Positions 61,305 through 64,000 of a DNA stretch of 64,000 nucleotides are shown piece by piece. Every line of letters begins with the position of its first letter. The stretch's first letter is position 1. The notes under the pieces were generated by a model, which saw only the letters and a list, made by a program, of their open reading frames with translations, made no database searches and had not been told where the DNA came from. This stretch comes from the human T2T-CHM13v2.0 reference genome, Homo sapiens. The position numbers and the translations under genes are program-made. The DNA is taken from assembly GCF_009914755.1 (NCBI RefSeq), contig NC_060929.1. One strand, written 5' to 3'.

Positions 61305-63620
61305 CAGCTCAGTATCAGACCACTGCAATAAATCAAATATCCCACAAATTTTTTTGATTTCTTAGTGCATATAAAAGTTACGTTTAGACTGTAGTCTACT
61401 AAGTGCGCAATAGCATTATATCTAAAAACACAATGTACATACCTTAATTAAAAATGTATTGCTAAAAAGTGCTTACAATCATCTGAGCCTTCAGCAAGTT
61501 ATAATCTTGCTAGTGAAGAAGTTAGCCTCAATGTTGAAGGCTGCTGACTGATCAGGGTGGTGGCTGCTGAGGGTTGATGTATCTGTGGCAATTTCTTAAA
61601 ATAAGGCAACGGTGAAGTTTGCACATCAATCAACTCTTCTTTTCACGAAAGATTTCTTTGTAGGGTGCCATGCTGTTTGATAGTGTTTTTACTCACAATA
61701 AAACGTCTTTCAAAATTGGAGTCAATCCTCTCAAATGCTGCTGCTGCTTTATCAACTAAGTTTATATAATATTCTAAATCTCTTATCACTTCAACAATGT
61801 TCACAGACTCTTCACTAGATTTCATCTCAAGAAAGCACTTTATTTGCTCACTCATGAGCAACTCCTCACACATTACAGTTTTATCATTAGATTGCAGCAA
61901 ATCAGTCACATATTTAGGATCCACTTCTAGTTCTAATTCTCTTACGGTTTCTACCACATATGCAGTTACTGCTTCCACTGAAATCTTGAATACCTCAAAG
62001 ACTTGCATAAGGTTGCAATCAACTTCTCCCAAATTCCTGTTAATGTTGATATCGTGGCGTCTTCCCATGAATCAGAAATGTTCTTAATGGCATCTTGAAT
62101 GGTGAATCATTTTCAGAAGATTTTCAGTTGACTTTGCCAGATCCATCAGAGGAATAACTATCTATGGAAGCTATAGACTTACAAATGTATTTCTTAAATA
62201 GTAAGACTTGAGGGTTAAAATTATTCCTTGATCAATGGGTTGTAGAATGAATGTGGTGTTAGCAGGCGTGAAAGCAACATTAACTTCCTTGTACATCTCC
62301 AACAGAGCTCTCAACTGAGGATAGGTGAATTTCACAAGTAATATTTTTAAAGAAATCTTCTCATATGAGAAGTAATATTTTTTAAAAGCATTTTTTTTCT
62401 AAGCTGCAGATCTCAACATTGGGCTTCAAATATTCAGTAAAGCATGCTGTAAACACATGTGCTTTCTTCTGGCTTTGTTGTTCCATTTATAGAACAAAGA
62501 CACAGTCAATTTAACATAATTCATAAAAGCCCTAAAGTTTTTGAAACAATAAATGAGCAATGGCTTCATCTTAAAGTCACCAGCTGCATCAGCCTTTAAC
62601 AAGAGACTCAGCCTGTCCTTTGAAGCTTTGAAGCCAGGCATGGACTTCTCCTCTTTAGCTAGGAAAGTTGTAGATGGCATATTTTTCAATAGAAGGCTGC
62701 TTTTATCTCCATTGAAATCTGTTGTTTAGTGTAGCCACCTTCATCAATTATATTAGCAAGATCTTTGAGGATAACTTGCTGCATCAATGATCTTAGCTAG
62801 ACCTTTAGGATAACTTAGTGTAGCTTCTACATCAGCAATTGCAGCCTTACCTTGCATTTTTATGTTATGGAGATAGCTTCTTTATTTAAACCGATTAACA
62901 AACCTCTGCTAGCTGCAAACTTTTCTTCTGCAACTTCCTCACCTCTCATAACCTTCATAGAATTGAAGAAAGGGAGGGCCTTGCCCTGAATTAGGCTTTG
63001 ACTTAAAGGAAAGTTGTGGCAGGTTTAATCTTCTATCTTGACCACTAAACCCTTCTCCATATTAGTAATGAAGCTGTTTTGCTTTCTTTTCATTCATGTG
63101 TTCACTGGAGTAGCAATTTTAATTTCCTTCAGGAACTTTTTCTTTGCATTCACAACTTGGCTATTTGGTGCAAGAGGCCTAGCTTTCAGCCTAATTCAGT
63201 TTTTGTCATGCCTTCCACTAAGCTTTATTATTTCTAGCTCTTGATTTAAAATTAGAGATGTGTGACTCCTTCCTTTCACTAGAACACTTGGAGACCATCA
63301 TAAAGTTATTAATTGGCCTAATTTCAATATTTTTGTGTCTTGGGGAATAGAAAAGCCTGAGACAGAGAGAGAAGGGGAAGAGCTATTTGGTGGAGCAGTC
63401 AGAATACATACACATTTGTCGATTAAGTTTGCCCTCTTCTATGGGTGTAGTTTGTGGTGCCCCAAAACATTTACTAAGTTAAGTAACCTCAAAAATCACT
63501 GATCACAGATCACCATAACAAACAAAACAATAATGAAAAAGTCTGAAATACTGTGAGAACTACCAAAATGTGACAGAGACACAAAATGAACACGTACTGT
63601 TTGGAAAAATGGTGCCAACA
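61305..63620 (-). mobile_element. Near-complete Tigger1 (pogo-like) DNA transposon with decayed DDE transposase; terminal inverted repeats not visible
   Basis: ORF 62426-62689 (EEKSMPGFKASKDRLSLL..AAGDFKMKPLLIY) and 61643-62068 (ELELEVDP..DLEYYINLVDKAAAAFERIDSNFER) are Tigger1 transposase peptides. Confidence 0.9.
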
Positions 63621-63621
63621 T

Positions 63622-63937
63622 TTACTCTGAAGGGGATTGTTTCCAGGGTGCCCACAGATACCAAGATCCATAGATGTCCAAGTCCTGTACATAAAATAGT
63701 GTAGTATTTGCATATAACCTGTGTACATCTTCTTTATCTTTTAAATCCTTTCTAGATTCTTATAACACCTAATAAAATGTAAATACTCTTCAAATAGTTG
63801 ATATACTATATCCCTTAGGGAATAATGACGCAAAAAGTGTACATGTTCAGTACAGACACAATATGAAAATATATATATTTTAAATCCCCAGTTGGTTGAA
63901 TTAATGGATACAGAACTCATGAATAAGGAGGGCTGAT
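63622..63937 (+). mobile_element. MER2 (Tigger-type non-autonomous element)
   Basis: ggggattgtttccagg...gataccaagatcc...gtagtatttgcatataacct...tgtacatgttcagtacagac...gttggttgaat...ggagggctga. Confidence 0.85.
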
Positions 63938-64000
63938 GGCATATGTTTTTTGAACAAAACAAAAGGAAACATTAGATATAGGAAGTTCTCCTTTAAAATA

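Noticed and set aside
61643-62689. TIGD1-like domesticated transposase
   Set aside because: Broken into frameshifted pieces; an ordinary Tigger1 fossil.

Overview
Primate (human-like) AT-rich, CpG-depleted genomic DNA from an intergenic or deep-intronic region. I see no recognisable protein-coding exon, RNA gene or CpG island. The recognisable ORFs are Alu, L1, L2, THE1 or Tigger1 remnants, and the rest look like chance frames. Main elements: 21 Alus (many with readable target-site duplications, TSDs), a complete THE1B MaLR provirus (2296-5192, 5-bp TSD), a full-length but dead L1PB1-type LINE (~25342-32800), a near-complete Tigger1 (~61305-63620), two twin-primed (5'-inverted) L1 insertions, old L1M/L2/MIR/MLT1/LTR33 fragments, MADE1, MER2 and a Tigger3 end. 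I found no evidence for a new multi-gene system. The most unusual signal is a recurring small-scale architecture: a short direct duplication coupled to a fold-back palindrome. The clearest case is a 47-bp segment copied ~2 kb away and ending in a perfect 14-bp hairpin, resembling templated-insertion or snap-back repair scars. Repeat subfamily names come from remembered consensus sequences, not a RepeatMasker run, and boundaries of old elements are approximate.
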